From contig CM102285.1 in the NCBI GenBank assembly GCA_046563655.1, positions 12,772,001 through 12,836,000 on the forward strand: a stretch of DNA of 64,000 bases, read 5' to 3'. The notes under the pieces are model-generated. The model made no database searches, was not told the DNA's origin, and was given only the letters and a program-made list of their open reading frames with translations. The stretch's first letter is position 1; the number at the start of each line of letters is the position of its first letter. This DNA is from Yuukianura sp. NJ FZ-2021. Taxonomy: Eukaryota. The position numbers were made by a program, and so were the translations under genes. Shown piece by piece: positions 51,824 through 64,000 of this stretch.

Positions 51824-52667
51824 TTACTTCAGGGTTTGGATTTTTCGCAGAAACGATTCTGCCTGCTGCTTTGTGTTAAAACTAAATTCAAGTTCCGGAG
51901 GACCAGAAGCCAACAGTAGCATTTCCGGTTCCCGGGACGGCGTTACAGGTACCGTCACAATGTATGTGTCACCATTTTCATTTATCCCATTGAGTTCTCT
52001 ACTGTGGTCACGAAATCCAGCGTAAAATTGCACTTTGTTACGGAACGACACCACTATCAAACCCTCCTCCGGCATCACAATTATCTTAACCCCCTCCCTT
52101 TTGACATTTTGTCCAATATTGGCAACGGAAACTCCAGCTGCTTCCAGTTCTAATAATTCAGTCGATTGGTTTGCGATTCGGTTACTAGAATAAAAAACCC
52201 AGTACAACAAAATTAACACTGGAACATTATTGAAAACACCGAAAACCAAAAAGAGGTTGGACTCTACCAAACGTGGCGCAAATCATTTTGACATACCACA
52301 CCCGACTCAGTGACCATCATCGGTTTGGACTATACCTTTAGTTTTTACTATATGTAGGTTATGGAAAGGTTAGGTTTTCTAAAAACATAACCTTTGACCT
52401 CAACATATGTTCAGATAGTCATATGTGATATGTCAAAATGATTGTTCATAACTCTGAACAATTTTTGTAGAGGCCATTTTTGAGGTTGTGCATGGGACAC
52501 CAACTCAAATTCCATATAAGTGAATGAATGAATTCGAATGAAGTATCAAAATTATGTTACTCTTCTCGGGGTCGTGCTGGTGCTGGTGCCGGTGCCGGTG
52601 CCTGTGCCGGTGCTGGTGTTCCTATGCCACTTGCCCGGCTCCGAGTGCTCGGTCCACTGTTCGACAT
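51824..52667 (-). CDS. Uncharacterised protein, about 155 aa (171 aa if spliced onward), PAPAP-rich N-terminus and beta-rich C-terminal part
   Basis: Exon 52667-52561 (MSNSGPSTRSRASGIGTPAPAQAPAPAPAPARPRE) joins in phase 2 to exon 52184-51824; AATAAA on the minus strand at 51751-51746. Confidence 0.65.
52281..52443. mobile_element. Small MITE-like element (163 bp) in an intron
   Basis: 20-bp inverted repeats aatcattttgacataccaca / tgtgatatgtcaaaatgatt, 19 of 20 complementary. Confidence 0.6.
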
Positions 52668-53195
52668 ATTGTGGCTCTAGAATGGATGGATTGGGGTTGG
52701 AGAGTAGCAATGGGATCCGTTTTTCTTTTAGTGTGAGTTAGGTTATCAAATCAGGACACAGTGCACCTTCAACACCGAACCTGACCTGAATCGAACAAAC
52801 GATTGGTTGGTGGATGACAGGATGAGACGACAGTTGACACAAAAACTTTAACAAAACGGAAGGAGCACGCTGCCTCGAACGAATTCACCAAATGAATCTT
52901 TCCCTCAATTTCCAAAACCTAAAACTCCCTTCTTCCTTTCTGCCAGAGGCATCCTATTTACGTTGCCCCAACTTTAATAATTCTACACTATTTCTCGAGT
53001 TTTGACAATACTAAAATACTTTATGAAATTCTCGCAGATCTTTGAAATTACATTCTTTAAAAAAAGTAAAAGAGAAGCACCCAGTGCAGCTAGACAAATA
53101 ATAGTAATTCAGAAATGAGGCATGTTTTAAAATCGACCGAGGTGGATGACCTTTGACACAGCCCGTTAACATAAGAGGTTAGTCGGACGTCCAGC

Positions 53196-54118
53196 TTATG
53201 CTCTGGCTTTTCCCTTCGAATTCGTGTCAAACAGCTTGCGGACAAAATAGACTTGGAATGTACTGGTTCCCATTATAACAATGCATTGAACGACGGACCA
53301 AAAGGAAACGTAAGCTTGATTATCTTCTAAAAGCGCAAAGTCGCGGGACTCCAGTGCCCTGGAATGTTGCTGGAACTGGAGCACTTGACCTACACGTTGG
53401 TCTACTCCTACAGCAAACAACAAAGTCAACCAATGTTAACTCTAACCAAACAATTAATCAATGAAATTGACCAAATTACACTAAAATCTACTCACCGCTT
53501 AGCGTTTGTGTAAAATTTGTGACACTGATGTCCATACTTTCAAGTTCTTTGGTGTATCGCTCCCATTCGTCATACCTAAAAGGTCAAAGGTTAAAGTTTT
53601 TCTCGTTTCTAATTCAAATTGAGGCAAATGCAGTAAAAACGTTAACTTTAGCTTTTACCTAAACGTTGTAATGTAAATGTTGACTAATTTGGCAGCAAAT
53701 CTTGAGAATTGGTTGTCAACACATACTGCATAGTACCCTCCTACTGCCGAAGTTTCTTGGTAGTCAGACTGTGCTTTCCAAGCATAAGGATGAACTATGA
53801 CCCCATTTGGATGTTTCACTGCAAATCCAGCCATTCCATCACCTCCCCGCAAAACTTGGAATGCAACGTATAGAGTCGAGTTGGGATGAACCCACTAACA
53901 ATTAAACATAAAGTTACAAGTGCAATTAACACTTAAGTTTACTTTTCCAATCTCTGTTAAATATTCAATTTTACCTGAAAGTAGCAATCTTCTTTACCCG
54001 GATCAATGTGAACTTTGTAGTCCATGGCAATTCCTGGAGCGTCATCGTAAGTAGCTACTACTAGATGCTCGTTAACTAGAAATCCTAGAACCAAAAGTAC
54101 TAAATGCCGCATTGACAT
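53196..54118 (-). CDS. loj: p24/TMED (emp24/GOLD) protein, gamma subfamily, logjam-like, copy 1, 4 exons
   Basis: Signal peptide; YKVHIDPGKEDCYFQ..RGGDGMAGFAV..GGYYAVCVDNQFSRFAAKLVNIY; RALESRD; TM FWSVVQC..QVYFVRKLF. Confidence 0.88.
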
Positions 54119-54665
54119 ATTGCAAGTTTTTAGCAACTTGTAAAATTTCAAAGATTTCTGCCTTTGTAAACAGCCGCTCACTTTTTCCTCCACTTTACTG
54201 CACTTTTGTAACCTGTTGAATCTTTGTGGTTCCCTTATAACTTATAGTACCGTATGCAATCTTATATTGTAAGGATCAAGATTGTTTATGGGGTCAAAAT
54301 CCATTTAGCCCCGAGGTAAAACAATAGTTTCAATTGTTATTTCGAGATACACAGAAATAACAATGCAAAAGGCTTTTGTTTACCAAAAACCAAAAATTTT
54401 GGGCTTTTCGTGCTCTAAATGAAAGTTTTTACAACACAGTTTCCTGTAAGAATAAAAATACTCTGCTCATTTTATTCTATAGACTTAAAAAATATACCTT
54501 TTTGACAAAAACGAAACTTTTTGTTGTAAAATTGATGTTTCAAAAGTGGAAGCTTTGTTACAAAGTAGAAATGCACGTTGGAAGATGGGACGAGATTGCA
54601 AGGTCAAAGGTCAAGATCAAGAAAAACTGAAAGAAAAAACTTCAAAATTTTAAAAATTTTACAGT

Positions 54666-55532
54666 TCAGAGACGTGTTCTAGTTTTGCCAGTATTCGGAG
54701 CATCGAATAGTTTGCGTATAAAGTAAACACTGAATCCTCCTGTGCAAATAATAATAACACATTGGACAATTGACCAAAATGAAATGTAGTAATTGTTGTC
54801 CGTGAGTAGCGTGAAGTCTCTTGATTCTCGAGCTCTGGAATGATGAAGGGCCTGGAGAACACTGGCCATGTTCGAGTCAACGTCTAAATCAAAAAATGTC
54901 AAAATTTTCAAAATTCATCGGAAAACTGCTCAACATTTCAAAAAATAAACTCACTGCGCAAAGCTCCCGTGAAATTTGACACGCTAACGTCCAGTTTTTC
55001 CAGTTCCTCTGAAAAGCGTAGCCAGTCAGCAGCACTAAATAGGAAGTCAGAAATTGACAAAATGGAAGTAAATTTTTAGAAATCTTCCATGAAATTCTGT
55101 GACTTACAAGTAGCTGTTCAAATAGACGCTGACCAATTTGGCAGAAAATTTTGAAAATTGGTTATCTATACAAAGAGAATAGTAACCACCAACTGCCGTT
55201 TGCGTATCGTATGAACTCTCGGACTTCCATTCATACGGCAGCACAAATTGGCCACTGGGCTCCTTGACCCCGAATCCAACCTGCCCATCTCCTCCTTTCA
55301 TCACTTGGAAGTTAATATAAAGCACACTTCCAGGCATAATGTACTGGTGGTAACAGTCTTCTTTGCCAGCATCAACATGAATCTTGTAGTCCAATGAAAT
55401 TGCTGGAAACGATTGACTCTGTTCGGTCAAGCTCCTGACATAACCGATTTGTCCAAGGCACAAAATGAACACAACGAAGGTCAAAGTCCACGCCATAACC
55501 AAGAAGCCACCACTACCCCTTGATAACACCAT
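54666..55532 (-). CDS. p24/TMED logjam-like paralog, copy 2, 3 exons
   Basis: YKIHVDAGKEDCYHQY..KGGDGQVGF..GGYYSLCIDNQFSKFSAKLV; RARESRD; FWSIVQC..VYFIRKLF. Confidence 0.9.
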
Positions 55533-55845
55533 AATTTTGAACTGAAATGTCAAAATTTTGGAAAATTTGACACTTTGAGAATTTGAATTTGAAAGGTGTC
55601 AAGAATTTTAAGTGGTTCGTAATGCCCGGTCTCTCTACGTGTCAAAATCTTAATGATTATCTCATTTAGCATCCTGTTTTTCCTTGAAACTCTTCAGCTG
55701 GAAATTCATCCCAGAGTTCTGTTGTTCCTAATGTTAAGTGCTGCATTTTTTGAAAGCGTTTTCAAAAAGTTTATTACATTTTCAAAATTTCTTTGGAAAA
55801 GCTGGGATGTTTAGAAATTTTCTGAAATTTTCTTTAAAACGAATC

Positions 55846-56687
55846 CTATCGATACCCAAGTTTCTTGTCAAACAGGGTTCGGACAAAGTAGACTTGAAAA
55901 ATTGACACGATTAAGATGAGGAAGCAGTTGAAAAGTGACCAGTAGTTGACACTTCTGGAAGTATTTTCCAGTACTCCAAGGTCGTTGCTCTCTCGAAGTC
56001 TCAGCATCAAAATGTGCTTGATGGCTGAATTGATTTGATCTTCAGTATCTAAAACAAACGAAAACAATACTTGTTTGAGTTTTTTCAAAATTTTTGACTT
56101 CAATTCAAGAAGAAAGTTGCTCACTGTCGAAACTTTTTTTGAAATTGGTTGCAACCACGTCAAGTTCAGACAGCTCGTCCTCCGTGTTGTCCCAATTGTG
56201 TTTCCTGTTTAAAACGTTTTCAAATTCAATTGTTTTTGAAAAAGTTTTCTAGCTTTTTGTACTTGTAATACTTGTAAGAATTCATGTAGAAAATGATGTT
56301 CCGGTCGTATTTTTTGTCAAAGTCATTGAACCAGCACATTTCAAATCCGCCGTCACCCCCAATGACCTCGTTGACCTCTACTGCTGTCCTTCCTTCAACG
56401 CTAATCAAAAGGTTGCTGTTCACTTCATCCATGAGCGTAAAGGCTACACTCAGATTTTTACCCTGCACGGACTGAATAACTGCGAATTTGAAGTCCAGCG
56501 TTTCATCGGGAAGCATTGCATGAGACAAGCAGTATCGCTGTCCAGCAGGCACAATGAACTTCATTTCAAAAACTTTTCGGCCAAATTCTCCTTTCGTTTT
56601 GCCAGTTTCAGTCGAATCGCTGCAAATCACATGCACTATGAATTGGAAACAGACAAAAATTGTAATTACTTTTAAAATCGGTGACAT
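55846..56687 (-). CDS. Divergent p24/TMED paralog, copy 3, 3 exons
   Basis: Signal peptide; GOLD motifs FIVPAGQRYC..GGFEMCWFNDF; RLRESND; VNYWSLFNC..QVYFVRTLFDKK. Confidence 0.85.
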
Positions 56688-57163
56688 TTTGACTAGAAAA
56701 CTCAATTTTTCCACTAAATTTTGAGCTTTGTTTTGACCTGGTTCAAAATTTTACAACTCAAAAAAGGTTAGAGTAAAATTGGCTATTAAAAATTTAAACG
56801 CTAAAGATAGTCTAATAACTCCGCCTCCAATAATTGAATTCAAAACTTAACTAGGTTATAGGCTATATTAAAATTCTATTGTTGTCTTTCTCGGAACTAA
56901 TTTGGCACGAAATGTCAGCAGTGACGGCGGGTTGTTAAATTTTTGTATTTCTTATGTTATAAAAAATTTATAGTCGTTACGAAAAGAAAGTTCGAGACTT
57001 TTACTTACCATGAAAAGTCTTTTCAAAAACCCAAGATTTCTGTTGATGCGAAAATTCGAAAATTGGCACTTGACCAATAGTAATTGTGAAACTTTTTTAG
57101 AAAAACGAGTGAAAATGAATGTCATTTCCAGATTTCGATCACTTTTAAGGCTAATTTGTAGTT

Positions 57164-60050
57164 ATGCGTCAACTTTCTTTTTGGTTCAGTCTAGTCACGG
57201 CTTTCACCAAAGCAGAAACTTGCGCCAAAATGCTGCTTTTTACGCTAATCGTCAACTTATTCTTAGAATTTGAAGGCGGACTTGACCTGTCCGGAGTTAC
57301 TGTGATTGGCTCAAGCTTGGATTCCTGGACAACCGGTTTCGATCCGGACACGAACTTAATTGAAAACGTTCAAATGTCGTTTGTCCAAATTAGTCAAAAC
57401 AGCACTTTTCAATTACAGAATTTTACAACTCCGACTTTCCTTATCCTTGACCTGTCTCATCTGGATGACCTTGGAGAAAAAAACACCAGTAGATTAATCA
57501 GTATTATCAATACAGTTCAATACAGAATTGAAGAGAGCCATAACAAGAGTGGATCGCCAGAATCTTCATCGCAGCCTATAATTTGCATCGTTCTGAACAA
57601 TCGGTTGAGTTTGGATGAAAAGCAACGCAGACTTTTTAAAATCCATTTGTCCAGAAGTTTTGAATTGTCGTCTCGATTGTACTTTTGGGCTAAAGACGCC
57701 ACTGGAGTACTGATTGAAGCCTACTTCAGCAAAAACGTACTGACGCTAAGAAAAGTCGTGACGCGCGAAAATGGAGTTGTCACCTCCGCAGTTCATAGAC
57801 GCAGAAACTTACAAGGTCAAGACATAACTGTGGGAAATCAGGTACTAAAGTTTGAATTTCAAAATTAGCAAAGTCCTAAATTCAATGTTCAAAATTTGGG
57901 CTAAAATTGTTACAAACACGTCGATCTGTTCAAAAAATTCGTTTTGAATTTTTATTTTTTAGGTAGGCTGGGGCGGAACTAGCGCCAGTGGAAGCGCTAC
58001 AATCAACTTTTTTGGTACGTACAGCATGAGCGTTATCTACACGGCGTACATGCAAGACTTTCTGAACGTATCGTAAGTGAATCTTTCTTTTGAAAAACGT
58101 GCTTTTTTGATTTTTGTGGCTGAAAATCAATCAATCCGACATTTCGGTTCCAGTGTGGGTCTCGTTGGGTATCCAGACTGGCATTCATTATGGACGAATG
58201 CGAAACTAGGAAAAGTGGATATCACTGCAGCTCAGCCGGTGATGCATGAAACGTTTACAAAAGAGATGCGATACTTGACAACTCCAAGTCTCCAACAAAA
58301 GTAACAACATTTTCTCAAATACTTCGAAATTTTGAAATTCAAAACAAAAATTTTGATTTTGACAGTCTTGTCGTGTACTTCAGTACTCCGGAGGGGTCAA
58401 AGAACGTGGCGCAGTTGTTCCATGTTAAACCGTTTCGATTTAGTACTTGGTCAGCAGTGTTAACTACACTGGCAGTTTTGTTTGCAATTCACTACTTATT
58501 GCCCTTTACAAATCGTTCAGATGCGTTCCTCTATGCCCTCTCAATGCTAACTCTACAAGGTAAAGAAAAAATTTAAATTTTGTTTAAAAAATTCATGGAT
58601 TTTAAAATTTTGAACTCTTTTCCTTCAAGGCTTGAGCGTTGAAACTCAAAATTCCATCAGAATAGTCACTTTCGCAGCATTTGGATTGTTTTTCATTCTA
58701 AACGCAGTGTATTCCGGTGAACTTGTTTCGTCCATGTCAGCTCGACGTGAAGACAAATACGATTTGCAAAAACTCGTCGAAAATGGATTTACATTTGGGA
58801 TTGAAAATCACTCCTACCTAAGTGCATCTTTGAATGTAAACTTAATTTTTTTTAAGATTTTGAAGCGTAGATTTCAAAAAAACGAGAAAAGTTACTAAAT
58901 GCGATTCTTGTCAATTTTTTTGAGTATGGGGGCGAGCCTGTCAAAGACAGTAGTGACTTGCAAGCAATTTTTTCGCACATGCATCCTACAATGGGAATCA
59001 CGAGTATGGAAGAGGGGATTCAGTTCGTTTTGGGCCACAAACGGTACGCATTTATTACGGAGTGGAATGCATTTCTCTTTGCATTTCCGGATGAAACGGA
59101 TAAGTATTTAGACAATGGAACAATTTGTAACAACATGCGATACACGACACTTCCACGATTCCTGGTAACTAAAAATTGTCATGTAAATTGTAGGTCGACG
59201 TAAACTTGGGCTCCCCGCGTGTACCCATCCACTCAAATCTTCGCGTTGCTACGCATCGGATGGGTACATTTGTACCCACAAAATCTAAAACAATACATCC
59301 ACCTAGTGACAGTAAAACAACCACAGAATTCAATTTGCGCAATCCTCTTTCCCGTTGAATTCTGTAAATTTACTTTTAGTTTCCCGCGCCTTTGGCGCGG
59401 CGTTAGGTTACTAAAAGTCTCCGGACGACAGAATTGAATCAAGGAGTAAAAGTTGCCCGGTTGAATTCAAAGGTTGCATTTTGGCTGCTAAGGTGGAGAC
59501 GTGGTGATTTGGATTGTGGTGGATACAAATGTACCCATCCAATGGGTACAATCAGATCAGCCGGGAAATTTGACGCGGTGGGTACGAGCGGGGAGCCTAT
59601 GTTTACTTCAACCAAAAATTTACTTGTAAATTGCAAGTTTCAAATTCGCAATCATTCCAGATTCAAAAATCTCCGATGGTGCGCCTAGACTTGCCTCTTG
59701 CTAACCATTTTAACATCGCGTAATAATCAAAAGAACAAAGAAAGTTGATAAAAGTCATCAAAACTGAAATTTTGTGATTAGTTTCTTGAATTTGCATTGG
59801 ATTTAGGCGTCAGCGAATGCGAGAATCTGGAATTTGGTTTCGCCATAACAAACAAACGGAAATGACCAACCGCAACTCACAACCGGATTGTCCTACAGCG
59901 TCCTCAACTTTACGCCGACTTGGAGCGTCGGATTTTCTCCTTCCAGGAATCTTCCTCTTCAGTGGACTCATTTTGTGTTTTGCTATCTTCACATGCGAAT
60001 TTGTCCTTGAAAAAACCAAATTCCCACAATTCATCCGGTCATGCAGCTAA
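57164..60050 (+). CDS. Divergent ionotropic receptor (IR, iGluR-related chemoreceptor), about 8 exons
   Basis: RRRNLQG before S1; GKVDIT; KPFRFSTW-M1; pore LSMLTLQG; SIRIV..AVYSGELVS (YTANL equivalent); S2 EEGI..YAFI.E; RESGI and a final TM helix. Start codon and the small exon near 59661-59719 uncertain. Confidence 0.85.
59200..59606. mobile_element. MITE (~407 bp) with long imperfect TIRs in an IR intron
   Basis: gtaaacttgggctccccgcgtgtaccca versus tgggtacgagcggggagcctatgtttac; inner pair ggatgggtacatttgtacccac / gtggatacaaatgtacccatcc; more GC-rich than flanks. Confidence 0.8.
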
Positions 60051-60409
60051 AAGTCGCTATTAGATTGGGTGGGATGATTAAAGTAGTAAAGTGTAATTTA
60101 ATCCAATATAAAATACTACATTTGAATTGTAAAAGGGAAGAATAGAGAAATTTCATGTTGAGTACACGTTATTTGCTTAGGTAAATAATTTAGAGCCCTT
60201 AGAAAAACTAGTTAAGGGTTATTGATCTCCTGTTTCATAAGGAAGGCACTTTCATTGAGCGAAATGTAAACTTAATTAGATTTGAGTAAATAAGGAAAAA
60301 TATCAGGAATGTTTACAATTATTGGTAATGTAAGGAGGAACATTATGTGAAAGTAATGTTGAGCTTTTTGTTGAAAGTGTAGATTTTAAGTCTTCTTTTG
60401 TTTTTGTTT

Positions 60410-61391
60410 TCACTGTTGTGGAGTAGTGTTGGCACCACCATTCATCTCGACTTCCCCTTCAGTAAGAATAGCCGAGTTCCGTTTGTTGCGAACCATTTCA
60501 ACTTTTTCATCCTGAGAAATTGAAAACAGACATTGATCAACTCATAATTCATGCAATACTTGGGCAGTACTACTACTACTGGCCCAGTCAGTATTACAAA
60601 AGAAAGGAATTTTACATGTTTCTTGAGTGACTCGAGCTTTTCCTGGATGACCTTCTCGCGATTCTTCTCAGCTGTTTCCAACTTGCTGAACTTGCTGAGA
60701 ATCTCCTCCTTCACCTTCTCTTCGTTCTGGATCATGTTCTGACGAACCTCTTGCAAATGGTTGTTCTAAAAAAACATGCTTACAGTGAGATTAGTCCTAT
60801 CATGGCAGCAGGTTTGTTTTTAGAGGAACTTAGCGTACATGATTCGTCAACTTGGTCATCATATCAGCAATTATGGTTTCGCGTTTTGCAGACGAGACTT
60901 CGATTTTCTGCTCAAGGTTCTCCTTGGTAGCCTGGCTGAAGTTCATCAGCTCCTCCTGGTGCTTCTTATTGGTTTCTTCGACACGACGAAGACGCTCATT
61001 TAGCGAGGCAAGGCGCAACGTTTCCAGTGACTGATACAACAGAATTTTTTAAACAGAAGCGTTAAGGAAAAGTAAAATAAAAGGAATTAAGCACAGACCT
61101 TTCGTCTCTCCGTCGCGGCAGCGATTTTCATTTGAATCACCTCCGCTGAGAGAGGTCTAGCCGTTGGGACAGTCGCTTTGGTCCTCAATGGGGTGACAGC
61201 CTTTGGTTCTTCAAGAAGTACCTCATACTTGATGCCACCCTTAGATTCCTCTGAAATCGCATAACCAACAAACGTTTAAAATGATCCGCGATGTCTCTGG
61301 GGAGGATTATAAGTATGCAGTTTTGTGACACATTACCAGAAGTGGACACGTTTAGGTCCATTGGTCCGTTGTTGTCACCTCCACCGTCCAT
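60410..61391 (-). CDS. stai: Stathmin, arthropod multi-repeat type, 5 coding exons
   Basis: ESKGGIKYEVLLEEP, SAEVIQMKIAAATERRK|SLE, repeated KLETAEKNRE..LESLKKH|DEKVEMVR helices; stop at 60410. Further upstream exons possible. Confidence 0.9.
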
Positions 61392-63510
61392 TCTTTAAAT
61401 TTGCTGACGAGAAAATGAGGAAAAGGCGAAAATGATCAGCGTAAAAAGTCTTTGCTTAGGAACTGCTGTTGCTTGAATACGTACAGGAAGATGAGACAGA
61501 ACTGGAATCGACAACAAACGAACAGATCACAGATTAGTTTGTTTCCTTATCTATCAGCAAACCCTCAATTCCAATAACAAGAACTATCTTTCTAATCTCA
61601 ATCCTACGTTCTAGAATCTAGTACGTAAGAGAAGAGCAGGAGAGGAGACCATAGGCCATTACCATTGAAAGGGGATAAACTGATTACAGCGGTGACAAAC
61701 TTTGTTAACTACGTCGAAATCAACATTTAAATGATTACTCACCCTGATTCGATTACTGCAACTGAAGGTATTAAAACAACCAACCAACCTTATCCGCGAC
61801 GCAGAAAAATGACCAAAACCGGAAACTGGAAAGCGAAAAGTACAGAGGAAAAAAGGAAACAAACAAAGGTTTTGAAAACAACAAACAAAACGCCATAAAA
61901 ACGGAACGCGGTCAAAAATTTGCCAAACAAAATTATGAATTCCAAAAGTTATTGCAATGGCAATTTAGAGCAAAAAGAACCCGTCTGTTTTCACTGATAA
62001 TGATAAAGTATTGATCGTGTAGTCGTTTATTTACTGTTAAGTTTAGCCTTAGTTTTATTACATTTAAAACTTTTGTTCGTTGTTCATTAATTTAGAGCTA
62101 TAATAGTTATTATAATTAGTAAAGTTCAAGCTTATATTTAGTCTAAGTTATACATAAAACATTTTGAATTCGTAGAATTGCCAAACTACAAAAATACGAA
62201 TCCCCATTGGCATTTTCCACTTTTGTAGTTTAACTTTAACAGAGTAGCGCGAAATTCAATCTTTTGTTTTTGTCACTTTTTTTGCAAATTGCAATCTTTC
62301 TTTTTTTGTTATTATCTAACATTAAAGTTAGGTATGTATGTTTAATTTAAATTATAATTACTAATTTTTCATTTTAATTTCAATGAAGTACTGAATGAAT
62401 ACCTCCATTATGTTGTGCTTCACTTAAATCATGAAAGGACGAAACAACTTTTTGTGTTTTGCACTTTTATTTGATTCTGGTGGATGGTGGATGAAATTTT
62501 TATGAGGAATTCGGAATTGCAAATCATTTTTTGAATGAATGAATGAAAACGAAGATGCAATTTTTTCAACAAAACATAAACAAGCAACTTCTTTTAAATT
62601 ATCAAACTAAATAGATTTCACTATAGTACAAGTGCTTCCTAAAATCCGAAGTGATGATTGTTTTTTGGTCCTTGTCCTAGGTCATTAGGTGGATTTACGT
62701 TTAATTGGTTTTGTAGATGTGCCATTCTTATCTCGGTAACGTCAATTGACAACTAGCTTCTCAGAATCTTATCTTTCGTCATCATCCCCCTTTCGCACTA
62801 AATTTCAGCTGTTTTTCCTTATCCTTCGTGTTGTTCTTGTTCTTGGTGTTAATTTAACGTCCATATGTCATAAAGTGGGTTGGTTGAGTGGGGTTTCTTT
62901 CCAAATCCAAATGCTATTTTAATTGGACAGGCAAAGGATAAGGAAGGAAAGGAATTAGAGTAGGGAATTGTCTATTCTCTATTGTCTTTCTTCTGTCTGT
63001 GACGTGACATAGTGGGCCAACAGGATCAAATTAATCAGTTGATTCCAATTTCTTGACACCCTCTTGCTGCTACAAGAGTGTGATACTAGTTTAGGGGTAA
63101 GAGTTTTACAAGTTTATCGCAAAAAACTAACGTAAGGTAGGCAAGAAATTGGTGCTGTGATGTACAAAAAACCCCTCGCCAAAAAGTAATTTATTGCACA
63201 ATAGAAAATATAATACGTAGCACTTTTCTTTGTTTGTTCAGGTCCGCCGAGCCGAGTTGGAACTTCAGCGTTTTACGTTTTCAACAGTTCCCAGCTGCTT
63301 GTTTTAATTGGCTACACGCGAAGTTGGTGACAGTTGAGCTGGACTCGCTGGATCTGACTAACTCCGATATTGGTCATCGCTTCCCCTGGTTAGACCCGGA
63401 TTCCCATCAAGGTATTTAAAAAGCACGATTTGCGATAGAACAAGGAAGAGAACACAACAACGTCAACTATTTACGTTTTGTACTGAATTTTCTTTTTGCA
63501 GTGTTCAAGA

Positions 63511-63800
63511 ATGTTTCTTTCTCAAGCATTCATTTGGCTATGTTTGTGCATACTGGTGCTCAATACAAAGGAAACAATATCATCACTGGCTAGGCGCCGA
63601 GCATCGGATGGCGCAGCACCGGGATCGGAATCTGTTATTGACGTGTTCATGCCCAAAGTGAAACCGCAGAAGGTGAATTACAACATCTGCTTTATGTCCT
63701 ATTTAACGTTAAAATGTTGCTTTTCGGACGATTCATATCTACTAAGTTCCCTAAATACTTGGCTTATTGTCAGGAAATGTTAGCTTTTCGTTGCCCTTGA
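63511..63800 (+). CDS. Putative small secreted peptide precursor, 62 aa, 2 coding exons
   Basis: Exons 63511-63672 and 63774-63800 (phase 0): MFLSQAFIWLCLCILVLNTKETISSLARRRASDGAAPGSESVIDVFMPKVKPQK|EMLAFRCP*; hydrophobic N-terminus; likely upstream UTR exon 63242-63411 with good splice sites. Confidence 0.55.
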
Positions 63801-64000
63801 GTTGACAGAAAGGCAAAAATGTTGTAACGACATTAAGAAAAGACATGCTTGCGGAATGTTTTGCTCTAATTACTTTTGGTAATGGATTTCAAACGAGGAC
63901 TATTCTGCAAAATATTGGGAAACCCGGCATTTTTTGGCTAAAGAATCACGGTTTTCGTAAACCAAAGGGAATAAAGCTTTGTGGTTTGACATGTTTTTAA

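Noticed and set aside
1..64000. CRISPR arrays, rRNA, tRNA, prokaryotic or viral systems, autonomous transposons
   Set aside because: No repeat-spacer arrays, RNA gene signatures, or transposase/RT ORFs seen by eye; the window is spliceosomal eukaryotic DNA. tRNAscan-SE and Infernal were not run.

Overview
Eukaryotic, AT-rich genomic DNA from an arthropod (dpr, morgue, a divergent ionotropic receptor and an insect-type stathmin are present; species not determinable), with mostly short GT-AG introns. All gene models were hand-spliced and checked for exon phase; no database searches were run. 1-42 kb is gene-sparse: an orphan at the left edge, a 14-exon gene encoding nine tandem LIM domains, an orphan 439-aa gene, a compound DINE-1/Helentron-like element, a 7-exon dpr-family Ig/GPI gene and a ~14 kb coding-free tract. 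42-64 kb is a dense cluster: mitochondrial glutamate carrier, an intronless divergent histone H3-fold gene, morgue and geminin head-to-head around a MITE, an oversized alpha-crystallin-domain gene possibly co-transcribed with an upstream orphan, three tandem p24/TMED genes, an ionotropic receptor with an intronic MITE, stathmin and a small secreted-peptide gene. Best leads: the 9-LIM protein built from symmetric exons, the atypical H3 variant, and the splice that puts the orphan in frame with the sHSP ORF across a single UGA.
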